Source: a virus (taxonomy: Duplodnaviria; Caudoviricetes). Taken from it: DNA of 64,000 nucleotides. Each line of letters begins with the position of its first letter. Within the stretch, counting starts at the first letter, position 1. The translations under genes and the position numbers were made by a program. Positions 49,081-57,033 of this stretch are shown piece by piece. A model generated the notes under the pieces. It was not told the origin of the DNA and did not search any database. It saw only the letters and a list, made by a program, of their open reading frames with translations. The stretch lies in the IMG/VR virus record IMGVR_UViG_3300021375_000006, one strand, 5' to 3'.

Positions 49081-49923
49081 TTATGAGTGGAACATCCAGT
49101 CCACGCCTTCGTCACCCTTAATTTCCTCAATAATCGACTCTAATTCGGTGTCTCCCATGTCTTTTATTGCGTCATAATCAAATTCTACATTACCAGGTAA
49201 TGCAAATTTAAAGATACCAAGTTTGGCACCTAAAGACTGCTTTATTTTAGCAGAACAATATCTAAAAAATATTTCATCTTCATAAATAGCACAATCTGGT
49301 AGAGTTTCATATACGTGTAGAATTACATCCTTCTTTGGTGTATCACCTAAGATCTTTAACTCACCAGTTAATCTTGAGTATTGAAATGAAATAGGATTTT
49401 CCATAATTTGTCTAGACAAATCAGCTAAAGATTGATTTAATACATAGTATTGTAATTCTTCTGCAGCTTCCGCAGCTCCAGCACCTTCATACATTCCTCT
49501 AAATAACATTTTTTCTAAAGCGAAGTCTCCACCACTTTGAAATCTTACATCTAATCCACCTCCAGTAGAATTAAAACCAGAACCAGTATCATGGACACCA
49601 AATACAGAAAATACTGCACCTGAACCATCTACACTTGCATTAGGTAAATTTAAAGACCTGTGGTTTTTAAAATACGTAGAAGCAAATACTTCTGCTGGAA
49701 CATGATAATAGTTCTCTCTAACAGCGTCTTCATAGTTTTTATAGAACCATTTCTTAGCTCTTTTAACTATATTAATAATTTCTCTTTGAGGTAGGTTAAC
49801 AGGAACCATACATGCACCAGTCATGTCATCACCCAATTCTTGAAGGAATGCGTTTAAACAACTATCGCCGAATGATCTTTCGGTGCTTAAGTTAGTTTCG
49901 TTACCTGATCTTATTTCACTCAT
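49081..49923 (-). CDS. gp13: Neck / head-completion protein (T4 gp13-like)
   Basis: YCSAKIKQSLGAKLGIFKFALPGNVEFDYDAI resembles the gp13 C-terminal LPGGV motif. Confidence 0.7.
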   Translation of the reverse strand: MSEIRSGNETNLSTERSFGDSCLNAFLQELGDDMTGACMVPVNLPQREIINIVKRAKKWFYKNYEDAVRENYYHVPAEVFASTYFKNHRSLNLPNASVDGSGAVFSVFGVHDTGSGFNSTGGGLDVRFQSGGDFALEKMLFRGMYEGAGAAEAAEELQYYVLNQSLADLSRQIMENPISFQYSRLTGELKILGDTPKKDVILHVYETLPDCAIYEDEIFFRYCSAKIKQSLGAKLGIFKFALPGNVEFDYDAIKDMGDTELESIIEEIKGDEGVDWMFHS

Positions 49924-49924
49924 T

Positions 49925-51235
49925 TTAACTATTTATTTTTGTACTTACCACTATTTCAGTATCGTCAAATCTAGCATGTGGACCAATACCACCCTCTCTG
50001 AAAATACCTCCAACCATTCTACCTTTGAAAATACCATCCTTCCCAAAGACAAAACAATTTGTTAATTGACAACTACCGTGCACATAAGAAGACTCAACTT
50101 TTGAATCCTTTACCTCACAACCTTTATAGAGTTGTGATCTTACTATTTGTGCACCATCAACAACACCACCGTAAATACCACTATTTTCGATGTTACCTGA
50201 TAGCTCGCAATCTATAAACTCAAAGCCATCTAACAAGTATGCAGTTTTAAATTTACCGCCTTTAACCTGTACCATACCATAGTCGGAATCGTAGTTAATA
50301 ATACCTTCTTCCATACCACCGTGCGCGAGTAGCGCTAGAACTTTATGTTTAAATCTGTCCCATTGTACCTCGATTACTTGCTCGTTATCTGTTAAGTCTA
50401 CTAATATATTTATCTTCTTCCAATATTTATTTACTGCTTTGTAATCTTTTAGCATTTCCATTAGAGGTCTATTCTTCTCTAAGATGCGTTTAAGTTCAAT
50501 TTTATTCTCAGGAGTAAATTTAGGATTGAAACAAGATTTAAAAACAGACATGATAAATCCATCCGCAAGATGTAGAATATCATCTGTTCTTTTTTCATAA
50601 CCCTCACCACCTAAATATCTAAACTCTAAATAGTTCTTCTGTGCCTTTTCAAAGTTAATACCATAATATTTAGTATTAGCAAAAGTAAAGTTATCTGAAC
50701 TAATTAGATTTTCGTTATAGTAAAAAGCTTCATGTTTAGGCATAATCCATTTAATAGATTTTGCATAAGTAGAATCTTCTCTGTTTGGGAAATACTTGTA
50801 TACTCTAGCCTCATCAAACTCTAGGATAAATTTCAACACAGACATGCGTTGAACCATATTTTTATCTACTAAATAATCAGGGTTAAATGACATATTAAGG
50901 TGGATTGAAGCTCGGTCATTTGTATAACCATTCTTTTCAATCCATCTTAACATTTTTTGAATTACAATTCTAGCATTTCTATAAGGCATAGGACCCGTTA
51001 CGAGTTCAATTAAGCCTTTACCACCTGACATATCAGGTTCCATCTTAAAGACATCAGCGCTTGGCTGGAAATCAGAATGTGCTTTATCTTCTAACCTAAT
51101 CTTTCTATTTACTAACTCAGATACAGATTTTTGTGTTTCCTCTAATTCTAGATTAGAATAAAACTCAAACTCAATTCCAATCTGGCTAGCGTTTAGAATA
51201 GATTGCCTATCCGAAGATGCGTTTAATTTTTGCAT
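49925..51235 (-). CDS. Putative amidoligase (COOH-NH2 ligase type 2) with a C-terminal beta-helix-like tail
   Basis: IGIEFEF, EPDMSG...IELVTGP, ASIHLNMSF, KYYGINF and YLEFR motifs. Confidence 0.75.
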   Translation of the reverse strand: MQKLNASSDRQSILNASQIGIEFEFYSNLELEETQKSVSELVNRKIRLEDKAHSDFQPSADVFKMEPDMSGGKGLIELVTGPMPYRNARIVIQKMLRWIEKNGYTNDRASIHLNMSFNPDYLVDKNMVQRMSVLKFILEFDEARVYKYFPNREDSTYAKSIKWIMPKHEAFYYNENLISSDNFTFANTKYYGINFEKAQKNYLEFRYLGGEGYEKRTDDILHLADGFIMSVFKSCFNPKFTPENKIELKRILEKNRPLMEMLKDYKAVNKYWKKINILVDLTDNEQVIEVQWDRFKHKVLALLAHGGMEEGIINYDSDYGMVQVKGGKFKTAYLLDGFEFIDCELSGNIENSGIYGGVVDGAQIVRSQLYKGCEVKDSKVESSYVHGSCQLTNCFVFGKDGIFKGRMVGGIFREGGIGPHARFDDTEIVVSTKINS

Positions 51236-51286
51236 GTTAAGAGTATGATATTACTTTTGAATATATATCAAACTCTGTTGGGATAG

Positions 51287-52570
51287 TTATTGGGGTAATT
51301 TTAAAAATACCTTCATAGACGATTCATCAATTCTAGTAATTTGTACATCTAAAGAATCACCTATCATATATTCTTCAAGTTTATTATCTGGAAGCTCACT
51401 TACATGTAATAAACCAGTTACGCCCTCTTCAATATTTACAAATATACCATAATCCTTTTTAGTCTTTACTTTTGCAGCAACAATAGAAGGTATTTGGTAT
51501 CTTGATGAAATATTAATCCATGGGTTAATAGCAGTCCCCTCTTTTTGAGTTAATGTAATTTTGTTATCGCTAATAATATCTTTTACAAAGAATTTAATTG
51601 GCTCGCCAGGTTTAATATCTCTATTCTTAAATCTAATTAGAGTATCTTCATTTAATTCATTATTATGAATCATTCCAGTTAAACATTTATCAAACTCAAC
51701 AAATACTCCATATTTTGCAGTTCCTGTTACGTTACCTTCTTTAGGTTCTTGTATATTCTCTTTTAAGTTATTAATAGCCTGTGGAATTAAAGCTTGTAAA
51801 TATTTTCTATGTGATACTACAATTGTACCTCTATCTGGAGAGAAACTAACTGGTACTACATAAATTTCTTCACCGACAATAGAACTAAAGTCAGATAGTT
51901 TATTAATACCTGCAAGTGAACCTGGCATAAAGCAATCTATACCTTGTACTCTTACAATATAACCACCGTTCTCAATCATATTTTTAACCTTACCGATCCA
52001 GGCAGTATTACCCTCTTCGATACCAGCTCTTAGGTCCATGAAAGTTTTATGTTTCACTCCACCTGTAATAGATCCAGTTAATGTACCCCTTGTTTCTGTA
52101 ATTAAGACTGCAGTCTCTTCACCAGGCAACATCATTCTAACTTCTTCAGATTCTTTTGAAGCCTTTACATATACAGACTCTCTATATCCTATATCAACAG
52201 TAATCCATTCTTGGTCTACTGCATAGATATTACCTGTATGGATTTCTCCAATATTTAAACTTGGTTTAATTTCAGGGCTATTTTCAACTAAAATATCATA
52301 TAACTCTTGCGCATAAGGTTCTCTTGAATAGACCTTATCACCATGTCTAGTCTTAATATGTGGATTTGGTTTTCTGGTTTTAGTAACACACGTAGCTTCG
52401 TATGCGTCCCATAAGAATTCGCCGTTCTCATCATAGAACTGTGCATGGGGATCTTGAGTTTCCTCTTTTACTTCTTTAATTTCTTCTGTGGGTTTTTGAA
52501 TAGTTTCAACTAATTCAACTGTGCTTGCTTCTTGGGTTGCAGAAATTCTGCGTCTTTTTTTATCTGACAT
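51287..52570 (-). CDS. rpsA: Phage-encoded ribosomal protein bS1 homolog (four S1/OB domains)
   Basis: D1 VDIGYRESVYV; D2 GGYIVRVQGIDCFMPGS...IVVSHRK; D3 YGVFVEF...GMIHNNEL; D4 NPW...YGIFVNIEEGVTGLLHVSEL. The N-terminal FLWDAYE recalls Bacteroidetes bS1 (FNWDAF/YE). Confidence 0.85.
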   Translation of the reverse strand: MSDKKRRRISATQEASTVELVETIQKPTEEIKEVKEETQDPHAQFYDENGEFLWDAYEATCVTKTRKPNPHIKTRHGDKVYSREPYAQELYDILVENSPEIKPSLNIGEIHTGNIYAVDQEWITVDIGYRESVYVKASKESEEVRMMLPGEETAVLITETRGTLTGSITGGVKHKTFMDLRAGIEEGNTAWIGKVKNMIENGGYIVRVQGIDCFMPGSLAGINKLSDFSSIVGEEIYVVPVSFSPDRGTIVVSHRKYLQALIPQAINNLKENIQEPKEGNVTGTAKYGVFVEFDKCLTGMIHNNELNEDTLIRFKNRDIKPGEPIKFFVKDIISDNKITLTQKEGTAINPWINISSRYQIPSIVAAKVKTKKDYGIFVNIEEGVTGLLHVSELPDNKLEEYMIGDSLDVQITRIDESSMKVFLKLPQ

Positions 52571-52604
52571 TTATTTTAGATTAACAGTGTAACATATTAT
52601 ATAT

Positions 52605-52973
52605 CTACTTAAGTATTCGTTTTATCCAAGCGTAATGTTTTCTACCACTTAGGTAACTTAAGTTATCATCGTTATCATAAGCCTCTCTTTCAAACGAGAT
52701 ATTATAGTAGGCTTTTTTACCATAAAAGAATAGTTTAATAAACCACTCAGTTACATACCAAATATAAAATGGTATAATTAACATCTCTTCTTGTTGTTTA
52801 ATATGAATAGTCTCGTGGTTAATTATCCTAGCCGCCCTTCTTCTCCACGGTGGAGTCGAATTGTAAATCTCTCTTAAGATAACATACGGCCAGAGAGTAA
52901 TACCACCGATTCGCATAAATATGCCAATTCGATCTAGAAACTTATCATTATACTTAATAATAGGTGTTTTCAT
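52605..52973 (-). CDS. Small HEXXH (zincin-like) protein
   Basis: INHETIHIKQQEE...AYYNISFEREAY. Confidence 0.65.
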   Translation of the reverse strand: MKTPIIKYNDKFLDRIGIFMRIGGITLWPYVILREIYNSTPPWRRRAARIINHETIHIKQQEEMLIIPFYIWYVTEWFIKLFFYGKKAYYNISFEREAYDNDDNLSYLSGRKHYAWIKRILK

Positions 52974-52987
52974 ATAATTTATATATT

Positions 52988-53461
52988 CTATTTACAAACC
53001 TCCGCGCTGGGTATAAATAGCGCGTCTGTTACTTTTTCAGCATGTTGCTCCCATGGTCTATCTTCCCATGGTTGTTTCCATGTAGATATTTGACCTCTCC
53101 ACGTAACTAGGCCGAATCCTTCTTTTAATAAACCCCTTTCAAATTGATAAACATGAACTAGTTCATGAAAGAATGTTCTCTCTAATCTTTCTAACGTATA
53201 TCTACTATTTAATTGAATTAGATAAATGTTAGGTAATATTTCTGTAGTTAGTCCAATAATCCTAAAATCTAATGGGGCCATTTCTGTTTTAATCACAGGT
53301 GACATAAGAGGTGGATTTCGTAACAGGGAATCTCTTAAAAACTTTTTTGAACTTTCATTATCAATAACCTCTGCTACAGTTGGTCTTTTTTTAATTAAAA
53401 TATTACTGTGCTTCGGCGTATTATCTTCTGCAATCTGAGCTGCAAAGAGATAAAAGGCCAA
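52988..53461 (-). CDS. HEXXH metallopeptidase-like protein with a probable signal peptide
   Basis: FFHELVHVYQ...PWEQHA. The reading frame is open upstream to 53503, giving LKRFIFLLAFYLFAAQIA. Confidence 0.65.
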   Translation of the reverse strand: MAFYLFAAQIAEDNTPKHSNILIKKRPTVAEVIDNESSKKFLRDSLLRNPPLMSPVIKTEMAPLDFRIIGLTTEILPNIYLIQLNSRYTLERLERTFFHELVHVYQFERGLLKEGFGLVTWRGQISTWKQPWEDRPWEQHAEKVTDALFIPSAEVCK

Positions 53462-53542
53462 CAGAAAGATAAATCTTTTAAGGATAATGTTAGGATTTGA
53501 TTGTTATTATATGTATCTGCAAAAAACTTTGCCATTTTAGAC

Positions 53543-53608
53543 AAAATAATTGCCTCTAGATTTTTTTATGTCAATTATTTTTCGTATATTAGTACTGTAA
53601 TTAAAAAC
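53543..53608 (+). promoter_or_regulatory. Class-1 (putative early) promoter element, copy 3
   Basis: AAAATAATTGC(53543)...TTTTTTTATGTCA-N11-TATATTAGTACTGTAATTAAAAAC; 31 nt identical to copy 2. Confidence 0.8.
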
Positions 53609-53619
53609 AAACAATAACT

Positions 53620-54096
53620 ATGTATATTAAAGAACACAAGGGGTATAGCGACGAAACAGTCTACTCTATCGAGCAAAACATTAACGGTAAAATGCACAAG
53701 TTCCATACCAGCGAATATGGCTTCAAATGGGATGTAGAATATGACTATAGGGTCGTTACGAAATGTGTAGCCGGATGGATGACTATCTCAGAAGGTAAAT
53801 CAACTCTGCAAGCCCTAGTTAATAGGTATAAGAAGAATGCCTTACAGACGATCGAACTTAAGTCTACCCACCCAGGGTCAGATACGTATTTAACTGCTCT
53901 TGCACTTAAAGCCAATAAGTTCGCCACAGTGGCCAATTGTATCTTGGAGAATATAACTATAGGTACGATCCATAGCTCTTTCCCAAAGATGGCTGACCAC
54001 GGACACTGGAAATCTATCGGATCTAAAACTTGGGCCGACAACGCTTACAAGTTGGAAGATCAATTCAAAAATATGACAATCGAAGTTATCAAATAA
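53620..54096 (+). CDS. Hypothetical early protein, 158 aa
   Basis: Directly downstream of the class-1 promoter. Confidence 0.7.
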   Translation: MYIKEHKGYSDETVYSIEQNINGKMHKFHTSEYGFKWDVEYDYRVVTKCVAGWMTISEGKSTLQALVNRYKKNALQTIELKSTHPGSDTYLTALALKANKFATVANCILENITIGTIHSSFPKMADHGHWKSIGSKTWADNAYKLEDQFKNMTIEVIK

Positions 54097-54097
54097 T

Positions 54098-54508
54098 ATG
54101 AAACAATTTAACTATAAAGAAATCAAATGTAACGGTATTGGTGGCTCAGGCTACCAAGCCGTTCTTAAACACAAAGATCAAATTCAATCTATCTGTCAAG
54201 AGGTTCGAGACTTACTCGGCGATAAACTCTGGGAAAAGATGATTAAGCAAGCGTCTGAAGTAGATACTTATACTGACTATCACTCAGGTCGTAGATACAA
54301 TAGTGTAGAAGATAACTCTTACCGATTAGTTACCGGAATTGCAAAACATGTATCTTCTTACCTTAACGATGATTTGCTAATTGAGATGCACGTAGGCGCG
54401 GTTCTAAACAACCTAACTATTGACGAAAAGGTTTATATGGTTCTAGATGCTCTTCGCGACTGCGCGTCTGCAGACCATTGGTATACTTTCGAAAAGGACT
54501 GGGGTTAA
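54098..54508 (+). CDS. Hypothetical early protein, 136 aa
   Basis: Coupled to the previous ORF; convergent with the 54505 ORF. Confidence 0.7.
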   Translation: MKQFNYKEIKCNGIGGSGYQAVLKHKDQIQSICQEVRDLLGDKLWEKMIKQASEVDTYTDYHSGRRYNSVEDNSYRLVTGIAKHVSSYLNDDLLIEMHVGAVLNNLTIDEKVYMVLDALRDCASADHWYTFEKDWG

Positions 54509-56313
54509 AATACAATCGGTACAAAACCTACCATTGGAACTGGTCCGACAGGAGTCGGAATACCACCAAGATAAAGCAACTTAAATTCTAGTAGATGCAG
54601 GGCATAAGCTCCTGCAACTGCTGTACTTACTGCCATCGCGGGTGGTTGTTTTGCCGGCAACTTACTAAAAGACTTACCTGTATTCCAGGCTCTTCTTAAA
54701 TTATTAGCTAGGCGATTTGCACTTCCATAATAAATTGGAATGTAGATACCTGTTAAAGGTGGAGCAATTAACGCTGGAGGAGCAGAAGGAGTTGGCTTAA
54801 ATGGCTTAACAACACAAGCATACCAATATGCAATCGTTACTCTAGCCATCATCATATATGGATCTCCAGAATAGGTCTTACCTCCAGGTGTTGAACCACT
54901 AGGATCCCATGGATGTGCTACTTCTGTTAAATCTTCTTCACATTCTTCGGCTTTCTTTTTAGCACATTTAGCTCTATGGTATTCAAATTTAAAAAGAGTG
55001 CCTTCTGGTTTTGGATTAATTTGAAAGAATGCTTTTTGTGCATCTGCCTTTTTAGAAGCAGCCCTTAATTTAGACTTTGGTACTTTTCTCCACTTCTTTT
55101 CCCATTCATTCTTTTCATACTTACTCTTTACCCAGTTTTTTGATTTAATAAACTTAGGTGCATTAGTAACTACACCGCTTGCATTTGCAGTAAAATTACC
55201 ACTTCTTACTCCAGGGTACCAACTAAAAGTAGCCACTACATTTGAGGTTAAAATCTTTGGTCTTTGGCTAGGGTTTTCCGGTGGGTAGTGTTCAAAATCA
55301 TAAGCCACTTGAATTTTATATTCATTTAATGGGCAGTCTAATTCATAAGGTAGAGTAATCGGCCCTGTTGGATCTTTTTTAATTCTATTTCTTAATAATG
55401 TAGTATTAAAGAATGTCCATGTATTCTCCTCTTCTTCAGGATGTACTTCATGAATAGCTTCAATACAAAGAGTACTAACATTATCTACTAATTCCTTCCA
55501 ATCATAACCAGCATCTTCAATATCATTTCTAGCAGTAGTATTAACATTAGGATAAGGCATGCCAGACCAACCACTGCCAAATCCACTTGAATTGCTATAG
55601 TTCTCTGAGCCAAGACATGCTAACCAAATATAGAATTCCCATTTAGTATTCTTATTTGTAATCCTTTCAAATTGCTGTAATAGTCTAGATGCAAATATCT
55701 TTTCTAATTCATCTTGAGTCTCATTACCATCAATACATGGAAATTGAAAAAATCTAAATTTATATAAGTCGTATTCCTCTTTAGCAGCATCAACGAATTG
55801 ATTAAAAGCCTTATCATTTTCTTTTTCTAATTCTGCTAATTCTTCAGCACTTGGTGGTTCTACTTCTGGGCAAAAATCAGCATAGGCAGGATGTGACTCT
55901 TTCCCCATCTCAATTAGATTACCATCTTCATCATATTGGTCTTGTAGAGGTATATCACCCTCTCTTAATAATCGTTCGAATGCAATACCATATCCCTGTT
56001 TTAACAACAGCTCAGCAGCACCATTATTAATATGGAATTCTGCAACATGGGTTTGTGCATTATTTTTTACAGCTTCAATATAATGTTCTGCAACCTGAAC
56101 TCCAAAATCATATCTACCAGATAATGGGTTTGGATTAATCGCATTTATATAATCAGCTTTATTAGATTTTAAACTATTATTAAGTGGATTACCTACCTCG
56201 GATTTGAACTCAGGAAGATCGTAAGAAACTACAGCTCCACCTGGTTTAGTAAACTGCTGACTTGTAATAGTGTTAGCCAAGTCAGGAATAAATTTAGGCC
56301 ACATTGCAGGCAT
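54505..56313 (-). CDS. Hypothetical virion-associated protein downstream of the spike gene, 602 aa
   Basis: Directly follows the gp5-like gene; Pro-rich hydrophobic C-terminus. Confidence 0.5.
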   Translation of the reverse strand: MPAMWPKFIPDLANTITSQQFTKPGGAVVSYDLPEFKSEVGNPLNNSLKSNKADYINAINPNPLSGRYDFGVQVAEHYIEAVKNNAQTHVAEFHINNGAAELLLKQGYGIAFERLLREGDIPLQDQYDEDGNLIEMGKESHPAYADFCPEVEPPSAEELAELEKENDKAFNQFVDAAKEEYDLYKFRFFQFPCIDGNETQDELEKIFASRLLQQFERITNKNTKWEFYIWLACLGSENYSNSSGFGSGWSGMPYPNVNTTARNDIEDAGYDWKELVDNVSTLCIEAIHEVHPEEEENTWTFFNTTLLRNRIKKDPTGPITLPYELDCPLNEYKIQVAYDFEHYPPENPSQRPKILTSNVVATFSWYPGVRSGNFTANASGVVTNAPKFIKSKNWVKSKYEKNEWEKKWRKVPKSKLRAASKKADAQKAFFQINPKPEGTLFKFEYHRAKCAKKKAEECEEDLTEVAHPWDPSGSTPGGKTYSGDPYMMMARVTIAYWYACVVKPFKPTPSAPPALIAPPLTGIYIPIYYGSANRLANNLRRAWNTGKSFSKLPAKQPPAMAVSTAVAGAYALHLLEFKLLYLGGIPTPVGPVPMVGFVPIVF

Positions 56314-56316
56314 AGC

Positions 56317-57033
56317 TTACTTGTTCTTTTGTTGATAGTTAATATGTGTCGAACCTAATTTTGCAACTGTTGCCGGAGTAGGAGGCATCGGAGGACCAGA
56401 TGGCCCAACACCAGTTGGATGGATATGTGCATTGTAATCATCTAATAGAGCCTGTAACCAATCTTGTAGAGATTGACCTCTTACCGCAGGTTCTGTTTCA
56501 TCTGCTCCAGACTCACCTGTATTAGATACAAATATATCTCCACAATCTAAAAAGACTTTAGCGTCTGTAGAAATCTTAATAAAACCCTCTTCATCAATTT
56601 GAAGCATAGGTCTTTCTTTTGCGCCCTCACCTCTAGTAATGACTAAGCCATCTTCTGGTGAGTGGTAAATTCTTAAGTTACGTTCTGCATCGTAAACCAG
56701 GGATATAACATCTTGTGGTGCGTCAGATGACTCTAGGATGTCTCCCTTTAAGTCATCATTCTGATCTACTTGAAACCAGTATTCTGGGTGGTAGATATTA
56801 CCATTATCAAATCTAACTGCAACAATATCACCAACTCTAGGTACAGCATGTGCACCCACCTGATCTCTATTCATAGGAGTTGCCCATGGAATCTGGTCGT
56901 CTGGTAATTTATCAAATTTACCGAATACTTTTACTCTAACCCTACCTTGAAGAAGTGGGTCTTCATTAATAACCACTTCACCTAACCAATGAGTCTCTCG
57001 TAAATTATCTCTGTAAAGTTCATTATTATTCAT
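56317..57033 (-). CDS. gp5: Baseplate central spike (gp5/gpV-like OB fold, no lysozyme domain)
   Basis: WLGEVVINEDPLLQGRVRVKVFG...IPWA...VPRVGDIVAVRF; C-terminal HIHP metal-binding tip motif. Confidence 0.8.
   Translation of the reverse strand: MNNNELYRDNLRETHWLGEVVINEDPLLQGRVRVKVFGKFDKLPDDQIPWATPMNRDQVGAHAVPRVGDIVAVRFDNGNIYHPEYWFQVDQNDDLKGDILESSDAPQDVISLVYDAERNLRIYHSPEDGLVITRGEGAKERPMLQIDEEGFIKISTDAKVFLDCGDIFVSNTGESGADETEPAVRGQSLQDWLQALLDDYNAHIHPTGVGPSGPPMPPTPATVAKLGSTHINYQQKNK

Noticed and set aside
51287-52570. Bacterial chromosome origin suggested by rpsA and GH17
   Set aside because: Both genes are embedded among T4-like structural and replication genes, carry the phage late motif, and lack bacterial neighbours such as cmk or SusC/D.
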